A stretch of 64,000 bases of DNA, taken from Promethearchaeota archaeon. GTDB taxonomy: Archaea > Asgardarchaeota > Thorarchaeia > Thorarchaeales > Thorarchaeaceae. Made by a program: the position numbers and the translations under genes. Every line of letters starts with the position of its first letter. Positions within the stretch are counted from its first letter, which is position 1. Location: contig WJMJ01000078.1 of assembly GCA_014728035.1 (NCBI GenBank), positions 32,001 through 96,000 on the forward strand, in the 5' to 3' direction. The notes under the pieces are model-generated. The model did not search any database, was not told where the DNA came from, and saw only the letters and a program-made list of their open reading frames with translations. Shown piece by piece: positions 9,368 through 19,687 of the stretch.

Positions 9368-10114
9368 TTATGATTCTTCGATTACTACTGCACCACTGTT
9401 GTATAACCAAAATGAATCAGGTTTTATTGAGCCAATTAGTGTTATATTGCTATCTCCTGCGGAGGCTATTCCTTTGTCTGTAGCTACCGACAATGAACAA
9501 AGTGCTGGCACTTGTGTATAGACTGCTTTATAGACCATCTCCGAGGTTATTCTTCCGGTCACGAAGAATATTGAATTTTCCAACTCCCATTTTTCTGAAA
9601 TTGCTAATCCAATTACTTTATCCATCGAATTGAGCCGACCAATATCTTCAGCAAAGAGGAAATCATCTTCTAAAGGATTGACCAACATAGAAGCATGTGT
9701 TCCGCCCGTTTCTACATGGAGAACTTGATTCTTACGCATTTGATTTACATATCCAAAAAGACTATCATAAGTGAGACTGAATTGCCTTGTGCTCTGAGGA
9801 TGGTAAATATGGATATTCTCAGTTTTTAATTGAAGAAATCTTTCAATGAGATCTATTCTGTTCCGCGAAGAAAGCGTGATACTTCCAGGCTCCACTGAGA
9901 GTAGCTTGATATCTTGAAAATCATCAACAAGTCCACTTGACATCAAATATCCTATTGCTAACATATCTTCCAAACCAGGACTACAAGAAAATTTGGCCAG
10001 CATGAAATCTTCAAGCCAGAGTTCTAATTTTGTTTCAACTACAATATCTTCCAATTGTTCCTGAAGCTTCCCATCGAAATATCTTTGAAAGCTAAACTGT
10101 TTTGAGTCGTCCAC
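9368..10114 (-). CDS. fdhD: Formate dehydrogenase accessory sulfurtransferase FdhD family
   Basis: ETGGTHAS, EDIGRLNSMDKVIG, TGRITSEMVYKA. Confidence 0.85.
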   Translation of the reverse strand: MDDSKQFSFQRYFDGKLQEQLEDIVVETKLELWLEDFMLAKFSCSPGLEDMLAIGYLMSSGLVDDFQDIKLLSVEPGSITLSSRNRIDLIERFLQLKTENIHIYHPQSTRQFSLTYDSLFGYVNQMRKNQVLHVETGGTHASMLVNPLEDDFLFAEDIGRLNSMDKVIGLAISEKWELENSIFFVTGRITSEMVYKAVYTQVPALCSLSVATDKGIASAGDSNITLIGSIKPDSFWLYNSGAVVIEES

Positions 10115-10197
10115 GCTGGAACCTCACACTAACACAATCACTTAATCCTATTATTTCTAAGGTTTATTATCAGATGTTAGACTGAACAGAAAATATG

Positions 10198-10722
10198 CTA
10201 GCCAAAGAAAGCATGCAAATATAGAAGGACGGAGTTGGTTATCAAAGGAAATAGCAACCAAGTTACATAATTTCCGATTGGTGCTGTGAATCGATTTAGA
10301 TCAGGTGGGACGAACGAGAAATATCCCCTTTCAACTGGTGTCCATCTCCAGAGGTCTCGAATCTTGCAAAAGAATGGTTCAATCACCAATAGATCCAAGA
10401 GTGAATTTACAACACCTGAACCAATAACTGCAAAAGTGGGATGAAGTCCGAAGCTAAGGAATAGCAGGATACCACCTTGAATGACTGAAGTCCACATAAA
10501 AGGAATCCATGTTGGTACTCTTCCTATGAAGAGACCATTTGGTTCTGTATAATGATAGTAGCCTTTTCCAGAAACATAATGTTCACCTACTAAAGCAGTT
10601 ATGAAAATCAGCAAGAAATGAGGAAATACAACCCATCCAAAAAAAGTCCAGATAAAATGGAGAATAATTGTGCTTGCTGCCACTGAAATGAGCAACAATA
10701 TAAAACCCACACTCTTTTGCAT
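10198..10722 (-). CDS. Membrane protein, DUF422/CruF (carotenoid biosynthesis)-like
   Basis: GE..V..GYYHY, VPTWIPFMW, DLLVIEP, LWRW, APIGNYVTW. Confidence 0.6.
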   Translation of the reverse strand: MQKSVGFILLLISVAASTIILHFIWTFFGWVVFPHFLLIFITALVGEHYVSGKGYYHYTEPNGLFIGRVPTWIPFMWTSVIQGGILLFLSFGLHPTFAVIGSGVVNSLLDLLVIEPFFCKIRDLWRWTPVERGYFSFVPPDLNRFTAPIGNYVTWLLFPLITNSVLLYLHAFFG

Positions 10723-10739
10723 GCTTGAATGTATCCCTC

Positions 10740-11084
10740 CTAGTCGGTGGATTTGGTTCTTCTCCTTTTGACCTTCCCCTTGAGAGAGCTTTTCAATTTC
10801 CTTTGTAGTTCTCTCGTGCGTTCTTTGAAACTTATCACAAAAGAACGACCCTTTCTCTCAGTTTCGATTTGTTTTTCAACCAAGGTATTCTGAATATCAA
10901 GAAGGATATCAATAACTGAAGAAACAGTACGTCTATCAACACCCAGAATTCTAGATAGTTTTGCAATGGTCATAGGTGTTCCAGATTTCATCTCATGGAT
11001 GACTCCACGCATCACCTTTTCCAAACCATGCCTCTCAAATCCAAATCCCGAGTTCGATACAGACATTATTCTCATATTGTACAT
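10740..11084 (-). CDS. Small winged-helix DNA-binding protein
   Basis: PMTIAKLSRILGVDRRTVSSVIDIL; basic tail. Confidence 0.7.
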   Translation of the reverse strand: MYNMRIMSVSNSGFGFERHGLEKVMRGVIHEMKSGTPMTIAKLSRILGVDRRTVSSVIDILLDIQNTLVEKQIETERKGRSFVISFKERTRELQRKLKSSLKGKVKRRRTKSTD

Positions 11085-11117
11085 ACAATAACTGCAATAT
11101 ATACATAACTATGTATA
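11076..11117. promoter_or_regulatory. Two operator-like palindromes at the HTH gene start
   Basis: ATTGTA-CA-TACAAT (11076-11089) and TATACAT-AACT-ATGTATA (11100-11117). Confidence 0.4.
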
Positions 11118-11252
11118 CTTTATTATGAGCTATTTGATGGTTTATCGGTCTGAATTGGCATAATTGAAGTGTTTTCGTTATATAACCATATTTTGTCTTA
11201 GAACCAAATAACTAATCAGTAAGAAATCAGCTTAGTGGATTAAGGGAGAGAT

Positions 11253-11804
11253 ATGACAGAGTACTATCTTGACATTGAAACTCTTGGAGTAAATCCCGAG
11301 CGAAATAAACTAATCACCATTCAATATCAGCAATTGGACACCAAGACCGGAAAACCTACTGGACCTCTCACTATTTTGAAGGAATGGGAATCTTCTGAGA
11401 AAGAGATGCTTAGAGATTTTCTCGATATCATTAATCCAGACAATGCATGGGACTTTATTCCAGTAGGTTACAATCTTCGGTTTGAGCTGTATTTTTTGCA
11501 GGCGCGGCTTCGAAAAATACTGAAATTAGACCTCAGTGATGAATGGCTCTACTACGATTTACCAAGGATAGATGTTAAGAGCACTATCGTTATGATGAAC
11601 AAAGGCCAATTCAAAGGATCGTCTCTCGAGTGGTTTACAAAGAGTGAACTACATGATAGTCAAGTTTCTATCTGGTACGCTCGCAAGGAGTATCATATGA
11701 TAGAGGAATATATCAAAGATGCAGCAAATAGGTTTCTACATGCTTACCAGTATCTAAAAATACAGCTGCCAATACTCCATGAAGGCTATTCTCCTTCTAT
11801 CTAA
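11253..11804 (+). CDS. RNase H-like / DEDD 3'-5' exonuclease domain protein
   Basis: YYLDIETLG, ESSEKEML, VGYNLRFE. Confidence 0.75.
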   Translation: MTEYYLDIETLGVNPERNKLITIQYQQLDTKTGKPTGPLTILKEWESSEKEMLRDFLDIINPDNAWDFIPVGYNLRFELYFLQARLRKILKLDLSDEWLYYDLPRIDVKSTIVMMNKGQFKGSSLEWFTKSELHDSQVSIWYARKEYHMIEEYIKDAANRFLHAYQYLKIQLPILHEGYSPSI

Positions 11805-11948
11805 GAAAATAGTATCACTTTCATAGATAACATTTGGAAACACAATCCAAAATATTTCATAGAGTTATATATGGGCAGTTGGTGGAAATATTCCTTCAAA
11901 ATAGTATAGCTGAAGAAACTCAAATAAGAAATAATATTCAGTAGTAAA

Positions 11949-12395
11949 TTACTCATTTCGAGGAATTATAAACAGGGTTTCTATCTTTTCTATCCCATCA
12001 ATCGTTTCAAGTTGAGTAGTTATGAATGTAGACAAGCTTTGCATATCTTTTACCAAAATTAACGCCATAAAGTTCGATGGGCCTGCAGTAGAATAGACTA
12101 TATCAATTTCAGTGAAACTTCTGAGTTTTGTATATAGCGCATCAGATGACCCGGGTTTTGAAGTAATCAGAGCTATGACTTGAATCTCGTAGCCCATTTT
12201 TCTATAATCAACATCAATCGTGAATTTACGAATGAATCCCTCTTCTTCCAAACGTGCAATACGATTTCGGACTGAGCTTGGACTTAGATTAACAGCCTTG
12301 GCCGCAGCAATATCTCTCAGGGAACGTCTTGAATCCTCTTGAAGGATTTCGATAATTTTACGGTCCTTTGCATCAAGTCTATTTGCATGACCCAT
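11949..12395 (-). CDS. Lrp/AsnC family regulator
   Basis: LDAKDRKIIEILQEDSRRSLRDIA...SPSSVRNRIARLEEEGFI. Confidence 0.9.
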   Translation of the reverse strand: MGHANRLDAKDRKIIEILQEDSRRSLRDIAAAKAVNLSPSSVRNRIARLEEEGFIRKFTIDVDYRKMGYEIQVIALITSKPGSSDALYTKLRSFTEIDIVYSTAGPSNFMALILVKDMQSLSTFITTQLETIDGIEKIETLFIIPRNE

Positions 12396-12458
12396 CTTAA
12401 CCCAACATATACAGCGTATTAGCTATTGGTGATAAATCATTGGTCTAGAAGGAGATGC

Positions 12459-12485
12459 GCTGAGCGCCAACAAGGTAGTTGGCGC
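12459..12485 (-). terminator. GC-rich hairpin just downstream of the aIF5A gene
   Basis: GCGCCAAC-AAGGTA-GTTGGCGC inverted repeat. Confidence 0.45.
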
Positions 12486-12491
12486 CTAGTC

Positions 12492-12899
12492 TTACTTTAC
12501 TCTGGTAATTATTTTTCTGCCCATCAAGTCCCAAACTTCTACGCCAACATTCAATTCGATCTTGGCTGCCAGTTCTTCATCAGCTGGCCGTGGAACTTCG
12601 TAGGTTTCGTAAGTTTCGCTATCCATCAATGATAGGTTGTCACCTAAATCAGCAATAACTGTGGCACTTCGTTTGTCAATAACTGGTACATCAACCATAC
12701 GGTCGACAGGCATTATGACATTGCGTTTTCTACCATCAAAGAATCCAATTGCCATGATGTTTGCTTTTGCTGATCCGTGCTTTCCTGGTTTTGATTTTTC
12801 AACGGAAACAACTTTGCAAGGCTCATCATCAATTATGAAATAACTACCTGGTTTCAAGCTCTTTGCATCGGTTTTTCGGATGCTCAATTGTTTCACCAA
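12492..12899 (-). CDS. eif5a: Translation factor aIF5A
   Basis: Hypusination motif KSKPGKHGSAKA. Confidence 0.97.
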   Translation of the reverse strand: MVKQLSIRKTDAKSLKPGSYFIIDDEPCKVVSVEKSKPGKHGSAKANIMAIGFFDGRKRNVIMPVDRMVDVPVIDKRSATVIADLGDNLSLMDSETYETYEVPRPADEELAAKIELNVGVEVWDLMGRKIITRVK

Positions 12900-12960
12900 A
12901 CCTGACTGGACTGGATTTCAGACCAAGTCTTGTCTACACCTAATAGACTACTGATATACT

Positions 12961-13908
12961 TTGCGACCGCATATATTGAAACCAACCAACAATGGTAAAA
13001 AGGAACCATTGCCAAAACCATACTGGATGTGTTCAGCCTTGATTGAGAAGAATCCGCAGATTCTTAGTGACCGTAGAACAGTGGGATTGGTTTGCAAACC
13101 AGGACGACCAGAGATAGAGCGATTTGGAAATAGAGTAGCGGAATATCTGATCGAACAAGAAATTGAAGTTCTATTTGACCCAGGATCTCTAAATCTAGCG
13201 CATTTGAGTGCGAGTCCCACACTTATTGAAGACATGAATGTTGATTTCGTCATCACAATAGGAGGTGACGGCACAATCTTGTATACCCTCTCGAACCTTC
13301 CGGACCGTGAGATTCCATTCTTTTGTATCAATAGGGGTACTGTTGGATTCATGACCGAGGCAAGTACAACCACCGCTTTCTCAGCTTTGGAAAAAGTCTT
13401 GGATAATGACTGCATCATCGAATCTAGTGTGAATATCAGTTCTGGAGTTGGCTCACGCCGCTTCGAAGATGCATTGAATGAAGTATATGTCGTTTCAAGA
13501 GTGCCAGGAAGATTACTTACATTTCAGGTATATCTTGACGGAACAAATGTTGATTATGGTCGGGCCGATGGAGCGATGCTTGCAACGCCAACAGGTTCAA
13601 CTGCATATGCATTGGCAGCAGGCGGTTCTATTCTCGCACCTAATGTGCATGGATTTATTTTCGTACCTGTATGCCCACCACGCTTTGAGCTGAAATCGAT
13701 TGTTATTCCTGATGAAAGTAAACTAGAATTGGAATTAGTGAAGGCAGGTGCAAGGGGTCTAGCAGTTATTGATGGACAGACACGTTGGGATGTTGAGCCC
13801 GATGAAAGGGTATGGATTAGAAAATCCGACACCTGTACTCGGTTTATTCGTCTCTACGATAATTATTATGAACGGTTAAGAACTAGATTAGTGCCCCGTA
13901 CGTTATAG
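12961..13908 (+). CDS. nadK: NAD(+) kinase (true start probably about 13039)
   Basis: IGGDGTIL, ALNE, ADG...ATPTGSTAYALAAGG. Confidence 0.93.
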   Translation: MRPHILKPTNNGKKEPLPKPYWMCSALIEKNPQILSDRRTVGLVCKPGRPEIERFGNRVAEYLIEQEIEVLFDPGSLNLAHLSASPTLIEDMNVDFVITIGGDGTILYTLSNLPDREIPFFCINRGTVGFMTEASTTTAFSALEKVLDNDCIIESSVNISSGVGSRRFEDALNEVYVVSRVPGRLLTFQVYLDGTNVDYGRADGAMLATPTGSTAYALAAGGSILAPNVHGFIFVPVCPPRFELKSIVIPDESKLELELVKAGARGLAVIDGQTRWDVEPDERVWIRKSDTCTRFIRLYDNYYERLRTRLVPRTL

Positions 13909-14436
13909 GTGGGTTGTATGGGTAAACTATACATTTTGGATACGGGAGCATTTCTCTCAACCTGGACTCAGAAACAGATTGATGCCGAGTTCATTTCAAC
14001 ACCTAGTGTTTATGACGAATTAAAAAATCGAACTAGCAGAAATCGAGCAGACACACTCATCAGTCTTGACAAATTGAGTCTCATCAGTGGAAACCCACAG
14101 GTCATAAAAAAGGTTAGAGATGCTGCTTCTGAATTTGGTGACCGAGTCGTATTATCAGATACAGACATCGAGTTAATAGCTGTTGCTCTGATCTACAATC
14201 AGGAACGAGAGAGTGTTATGTTAGTATCTACTGACTTAGCGGTACTAAATACAGCTGCTTCATTGAGCATAAAGATAATAGACCCCAAAAAACGGATGCG
14301 TAAAACGATACTTTGGATCTATAGATGCGAAGCGTGTGGAAGAACCGAACATCGCCCTCCTGCAAACTTAGAATGTCCTGTATGCGGTACAATTATGCAC
14401 AGAAAATCAAAAGCTAGTTCTAAAGTACGAAAGTGA
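13909..14436 (+). CDS. nob1: NOB1-family PIN endonuclease with Zn ribbon (SSU rRNA maturation)
   Basis: ILDTGAF, LSDTDIELIAVA, STDLAVLN, CEAC...CPVCG. Confidence 0.88.
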   Translation: MGCMGKLYILDTGAFLSTWTQKQIDAEFISTPSVYDELKNRTSRNRADTLISLDKLSLISGNPQVIKKVRDAASEFGDRVVLSDTDIELIAVALIYNQERESVMLVSTDLAVLNTAASLSIKIIDPKKRMRKTILWIYRCEACGRTEHRPPANLECPVCGTIMHRKSKASSKVRK

Positions 14437-14501
14437 GTATTACTAGAGTTATACTCTTAGTTAAGTTCTATTTCTGTAGGATATATTCTGAGGCATAGGT
14501 T

Positions 14502-14771
14502 ATGATTTCAAGAAAAGGCGAAGAAATTGATAGAGAAATCGAAGACATCAAATATCAAGTTAGGAGAGAGCTTGAAACGATAAAATCCCTAATGGACGAC
14601 TTTGGATATCGAAATACACCTCCAGGTTGGACAATGCCTTTTCAACTTCATCGACTTAGACGTGCTCTCCGAATCCATTATCTTGCCCTGAAGATTCGTG
14701 AAACCACTCCAGAACCAAAAAACATGCATGATCTGACTTGGGAGTTCAGTCCTGCAGATATGCAATTCTAA
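14502..14771 (+). CDS. Small hypothetical protein
   Basis: ATG ORF filling the intergenic gap. Confidence 0.55.
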   Translation: MISRKGEEIDREIEDIKYQVRRELETIKSLMDDFGYRNTPPGWTMPFQLHRLRRALRIHYLALKIRETTPEPKNMHDLTWEFSPADMQF

Positions 14772-15200
14772 TCATTCACCAATGATTAGAATCTCTAATT
14801 TTCTATCTCTGGATTTGTTATCGAAATCTACGAAAGCTATTTGCTGCCATGTGCCTAAAGTTAGTCTTGTGTCAACAAATGGAACTGTAAGACTTGGGCC
14901 AATAATTGAAGCACGTATGTGTGAATGTCCATTTCCATCTCTCCAACGGAGATGATGTTCGTATACTGCATCTCGTGGTGCAAGACGTTCCATTGCTTCT
15001 GGAAAATCCTGTAACAGCCCATCTTCGTACTCGATTGTTATTATTGACCCTGTAGAACCAGGACAAAAAACAGTACATATCCCTGTCTTGAGTCCACTTT
15101 TGATAACAACATCCGCAACCTTTTGCGTGATGTCAATCATATCACAATTTCCTTCGGTCTGTAATCCGATTGTAGAATGATACGTGGGCATTATCGTCAC
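14772..15200 (-). CDS. YjbQ/UPF0047 family protein
   Basis: DGNGHSHIRAS, LGTWQQIAFVDFD. Confidence 0.92.
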   Translation of the reverse strand: MTIMPTYHSTIGLQTEGNCDMIDITQKVADVVIKSGLKTGICTVFCPGSTGSIITIEYEDGLLQDFPEAMERLAPRDAVYEHHLRWRDGNGHSHIRASIIGPSLTVPFVDTRLTLGTWQQIAFVDFDNKSRDRKLEILIIGE

Positions 15201-15237
15201 TAGTTTAGAACTATCAAGCTTCTACTTGTTTTTTGTG

Positions 15238-17031
15238 TTACTTGTTCTGTGCTATTCTAATGAGTTTTCTCAGTGTTGGTGCTTCTTCAACCAAATCTTC
15301 TTCACGTTCTTGTAAGGATAATAGTGCAGCAATTCCGCTCCCTTTATTCAATGCAGTTACAACCTCAAGGATAGCTGCTTCTTTTTCGCAGTCACATTTT
15401 TTCACAATTGCATCCATTTTCTTGACGATTCTCGATAGAGTAGTATCATCACCCATATCATGTTCATAAATAGAAGTAAAAACAAGATAGAGGTCCTCAA
15501 AAGCTTCTTCTGGCTCGTTGATTTCTATGAATCCATCAGCTGATCTTTCAAGATACTCAATTGCCTCTTCAATATAGTCTGAGTCTTTAGTTAGTATTGC
15601 TTCAACTCCCGCTGCACGAAGCCATATTGTTGCCAATTCAGGCACTTCTAATTCTTCATAAAATTGTGCTGCTTCCAGGGCTTTCTTGCTTGCTATTGTG
15701 TGATACTCTTGATGCTTGGCCATATCACCTAAATGTTCTGCACAAGCTGCAGCTTTATTGTAGTACTTTGAAGCTTCGTCATTTTGTCCTTGCTCAGCAA
15801 TTTTCTCAGCAAGTTTTACGTAGATATTCATTGCTTCTTCGTAATGCTTGTCAGCTTCATTTTCCTTCCCAGCCTCTTTGAGAACCACAGATGCCTCCTC
15901 TAATGAAAGGGCCTGCTGTTCATAATGTTCTTCCTTTTCTTCTCGTGTGGCCTGATTCAGATAGTAATCGACAACTTCTCGATAGATTTGTTCAGCTTCC
16001 TCATCTTGTCCCCATCCTTTTAGACAAAATGCCATATGCCGCAGGTAGTTTTTCTCTGATGAAAGTTCTTTCTCTTCTTTTGCTTTTTCGGACAATTGAG
16101 AGAAAAGTTCACCAGCCTTTTTAAAGGCCCATTTAGCTTTCATTACTCTTCCTAGATCTCTGAACAATTCTCCTGCTTTAATTAATAATGGAGCAAGAAC
16201 TTCTGGCTTTCCTTCCATCTTCATATATGCTTCTGCAGCCTTGAGCATAGCTTTTTTTCTTGCACTTGTTAACCGTTCAAGCCGATAAGCTTCTTGTGCA
16301 GCATCAAAAATATTCCCAGCCTTTTCATATAATTCAGCTACCTCATAGAACTCTCCTGCATCCATCATAAGTCGAATTGCATCTATGATGTTGCCTCTTG
16401 TTTGCATGATTTGTGCAGCTTCAGCAAGAGCATTTCCTGCAGACATGAAATCCTTTTCATCTTTCGAGAGATCAGCCCATTTCATTGCAAGTCTAATTGC
16501 ACGATCATTGATACGCTCGCCAAGTTCATCATCACCACACTTGTAATAGAGGCGACCCACCTTCTTGAGGAGACTAATGGTCTTTTCAAAATCTTTTTCA
16601 AGTTCTTTGATGTCTGCTAATTCCTCGAGTGCATCTGCAGCTTTCATAGTAAGTACACTCTTTTCCTTCTCGCTTTCCCCAAAGTCAGCTGCTCGGAAAT
16701 AGAAATCAGCTGCCTGTTTATACTCAGTTGCTTGTTCAGCTATCTTAGCAGCAGTTTTGTTAACCCTGACTATTTCCTTATGAATTTCTGGATTTGAGTC
16801 CATTCGTATCAACATGAGTGTGGCATTGTTGAATGCTTGAAATGCTTCCTCTGCACGATATAACTTGCTATATGCGAAGCCAGTTTCTTCATATATTTTG
16901 GAGGCTTCTTGAAATTTACCCTTCGAAGCCAAAATATCTGCTGCTTTCTCCAATAGTCTTGCACCATCTACCCGATTTCCTTTACTCAGAATCTCTCTTG
17001 CTTTTTCTAACATATCATTGATGGAGGGCAT
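15238..17031 (-). CDS. Long SNAP/TPR-like alpha-solenoid protein
   Basis: Repeated A...yekAa..y helical-hairpin pattern across about 590 aa. Confidence 0.75.
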   Translation of the reverse strand: MPSINDMLEKAREILSKGNRVDGARLLEKAADILASKGKFQEASKIYEETGFAYSKLYRAEEAFQAFNNATLMLIRMDSNPEIHKEIVRVNKTAAKIAEQATEYKQAADFYFRAADFGESEKEKSVLTMKAADALEELADIKELEKDFEKTISLLKKVGRLYYKCGDDELGERINDRAIRLAMKWADLSKDEKDFMSAGNALAEAAQIMQTRGNIIDAIRLMMDAGEFYEVAELYEKAGNIFDAAQEAYRLERLTSARKKAMLKAAEAYMKMEGKPEVLAPLLIKAGELFRDLGRVMKAKWAFKKAGELFSQLSEKAKEEKELSSEKNYLRHMAFCLKGWGQDEEAEQIYREVVDYYLNQATREEKEEHYEQQALSLEEASVVLKEAGKENEADKHYEEAMNIYVKLAEKIAEQGQNDEASKYYNKAAACAEHLGDMAKHQEYHTIASKKALEAAQFYEELEVPELATIWLRAAGVEAILTKDSDYIEEAIEYLERSADGFIEINEPEEAFEDLYLVFTSIYEHDMGDDTTLSRIVKKMDAIVKKCDCEKEAAILEVVTALNKGSGIAALLSLQEREEDLVEEAPTLRKLIRIAQNK

Positions 17032-17155
17032 TAGTTCACCTCATGATTCAAGGGGGACAATTATTTTTCTGATTTCAATCTTATAATTAATATTGCGTGA
17101 AATACACTTCATTTCTCTCAGGTAAAACTCAAATAGTGTTATGATATGAACGAAG

Positions 17156-18271
17156 TTGGTAGTCGTCTTGAGTCAACCAGACATTAGACTTGGACTTATT
17201 GGTACTGGCACCATTGGAAAGATGCATCTTCTCAGTCTTGCAGCACTTCGAGAGTCAAAACTAATTGACCTAGAAATCTCCGCTATATGTGATATAGAGT
17301 CTTCAACTCTCAAGAATGCTTCAGAGCTCTTTGAAGTTGAAACAACCTATTCTGATTATCAAAATCTAATCGATGATGAAGATGTCAATGTTGTATATGT
17401 ATGCACTCCAACAAATAAACATAGAGACATGGTGATAGCGGCTGCGAAAGCACAGAAAGCTGTTTTTTGTGAAAAGCCTCTTGCCCATAGTGGTCCGCAA
17501 GCACAAGACCTCTATATGATTACAAAGTCACATAATATTCAAGCTGCTATAGGACTCGTTCTCAGATTCGACCAGTTCCTTGTTCATGCTAAACAACTAA
17601 TTCAGAAGTATGATTTTGGAAAACCTATGTTAGCACATATTAGAGATGATCAACGCTTTCCGGTGGACTATATTTACGCCAGTAAATGGCGGATGGACAG
17701 ATCCATTGCGGGAGGTGGTACTCTCATAGAGCATAGTATTCATGATATTGACGTTCTTCAATGGTTTTTTGGTCCTGTAGAACATGTTTATGCAACTGTT
17801 AACAATTTCAATGGGTTTGATGTTGAAGACCATGCTTCATTGGTGTTGACTCATCATGATGGTTGCGTGAGTACTCTTGATTCTGTTTGGCATTGGGTTG
17901 AGCGACCTAATGAACGACGATTTGAATTCTTTTTTGAAAATGGCTACCTAGGAATAAAACTAGAATCAGACAAAAGATATGTTGAGTATCAATTGAAGGG
18001 AGAAAGGCCTGTAAAATTGTGGGCGGAATCTGTTAATACAACTCTCATTGAACATCTGGATTTGGATGAACAAAATCTCTCTACAGAAGCCTATGAAACC
18101 CTCACACAAGTTGGTTCTGAAAGGTATGCTGCTTTGAGCTATTCGTTTTTGAAATCCATTCGAGATCAAACCGAGATGGTTCCAGGATTCAAAGAAGGAG
18201 TTTCCGCTCATCGTATTGTTGATGCAGCATACGAATCAGCGGATAAGGCTGCGCGTATTTCTCTATCATAA
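17156..18271 (+). CDS. Gfo/Idh/MocA family oxidoreductase
   Basis: GLIGTGTIG, VFCEKPLA, GGGTLIEHSIHDID. Confidence 0.92.
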   Translation: MVVVLSQPDIRLGLIGTGTIGKMHLLSLAALRESKLIDLEISAICDIESSTLKNASELFEVETTYSDYQNLIDDEDVNVVYVCTPTNKHRDMVIAAAKAQKAVFCEKPLAHSGPQAQDLYMITKSHNIQAAIGLVLRFDQFLVHAKQLIQKYDFGKPMLAHIRDDQRFPVDYIYASKWRMDRSIAGGGTLIEHSIHDIDVLQWFFGPVEHVYATVNNFNGFDVEDHASLVLTHHDGCVSTLDSVWHWVERPNERRFEFFFENGYLGIKLESDKRYVEYQLKGERPVKLWAESVNTTLIEHLDLDEQNLSTEAYETLTQVGSERYAALSYSFLKSIRDQTEMVPGFKEGVSAHRIVDAAYESADKAARISLS

Positions 18272-18311
18272 TAAGACATCCTTAAGTAGACCAAGCAATC
18301 AAAGAGCCAAG

Positions 18312-19685
18312 ATGGATATGAAGGAAACGTCCATTGACCAGATTGATGAATCTAACTACGATGTTGTGATAGCTGGTGCTGGAGCTGGCGGTTTACTTAC
18401 CGCACTTGCACTGACAGCAGAAGGAAAGAAAGTTCTAATTATTGAGAAAGAGTCACATCTAGGTGGAGTTTGGCACAGCTATTATGTTGATGGCTACCGT
18501 GTTGACCAAGGGCTTCATATCATCACTCGTGTAAACCGAGGTTCTTTTGCTGAATTCATGAGGGAACATATTACACCCCCACCGGAGTTTGTATTGCATG
18601 AGGGTTGGTTTTTCCGAGTACATGACAAGGTTGGTACAATTCCGACGAGTGTTGGTGAAACCTTACGATGGCCGCTTACAGGAATGAAAGGACGTCTGGG
18701 ACTAGCAAAAATCGGTGCCAAGATAAAGACAATGAAACTTGAGGAGATGGAATCCTACAAAGATATCACATTTCTCGAGTTTATGCAATCCCGTGATGCG
18801 ACTAATCAAGTCATGCTTGACGTTATGCAGAGTGCTATCTATATGGCTGCAGGAGTTGGTATTGATGAAGCATCAGCTTACGAAGCACTTCGAACATTGA
18901 AAGATACTGATAAGGAAAGTTCAAAATTATCCTCTGCAAAGAAACTGCTGGTGGGCTCGGATGAGTATGATGAGGGGTATGTAATCGGAGGTATGCAGGG
19001 GCTAATTGATAGGGTTGTTGAGGTAATCGAAGGAAATTATATCCTGAATACTCCAGTAGAGAAAATTCTTGTTCAGAATGGAAAAGCTGAAGGTCTTCTA
19101 GCTGGGGGAAGGAAGCTAGAACATAATACCATTGTAAGTAACATCCCTCTCTGGTCAATGCCGAACATTATTGGTTCTGACTCGCCTGATGTGATTGAAT
19201 TCTTCGATAAATGGAGTACTATGAAATTCACACAGGGCGTTACAATTTGGCTTGGTCTTGACGAAGTTGTGATTGGGGATAGGAAATCTCGTGTCATTGT
19301 TCACCCTAATCCTAATACTTGGATTATCTCTTTATCAAGTTTTGACCCAACTTGTGCCCCAGAAGGTAAAGAGTTACTAGGTTTGGCTACTATATTGCCT
19401 GACGGAATGACAACCAAGGAAATCGTTCAGCAGGTGAAAGATAATGGTATCAAGGAGTATCATCCTGAAATCCTTGAACATATTGAAATGGAGCATGTTC
19501 AGACATCTTACGCTACTCGTGCTGCACTTATTCCCGGGCAGACTGACCTAGATCGGCCTGGTCCAAAAACCCCGGTTGACGGCCTATATATTGTTGGTAC
19601 TGATACTGCAGGGTCTGGTGTAGGACTTCAACAGGCAGCCAACTCTGCAACAGGGTTGGTGAAGGTATTACTCGATGAATTGTGA
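18312..19685 (+). CDS. FAD-dependent oxidoreductase, phytoene desaturase-like
   Basis: DVVIAGAGAGGL...EK...LGG, GGMQGLID, TPVDGLYIVG. Confidence 0.85.
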   Translation: MDMKETSIDQIDESNYDVVIAGAGAGGLLTALALTAEGKKVLIIEKESHLGGVWHSYYVDGYRVDQGLHIITRVNRGSFAEFMREHITPPPEFVLHEGWFFRVHDKVGTIPTSVGETLRWPLTGMKGRLGLAKIGAKIKTMKLEEMESYKDITFLEFMQSRDATNQVMLDVMQSAIYMAAGVGIDEASAYEALRTLKDTDKESSKLSSAKKLLVGSDEYDEGYVIGGMQGLIDRVVEVIEGNYILNTPVEKILVQNGKAEGLLAGGRKLEHNTIVSNIPLWSMPNIIGSDSPDVIEFFDKWSTMKFTQGVTIWLGLDEVVIGDRKSRVIVHPNPNTWIISLSSFDPTCAPEGKELLGLATILPDGMTTKEIVQQVKDNGIKEYHPEILEHIEMEHVQTSYATRAALIPGQTDLDRPGPKTPVDGLYIVGTDTAGSGVGLQQAANSATGLVKVLLDEL

Positions 19686-19687
19686 AT

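Noticed and set aside
9306-9521. 71-aa ORF
   Set aside because: Overlaps the tRNA and is antisense to fdhD
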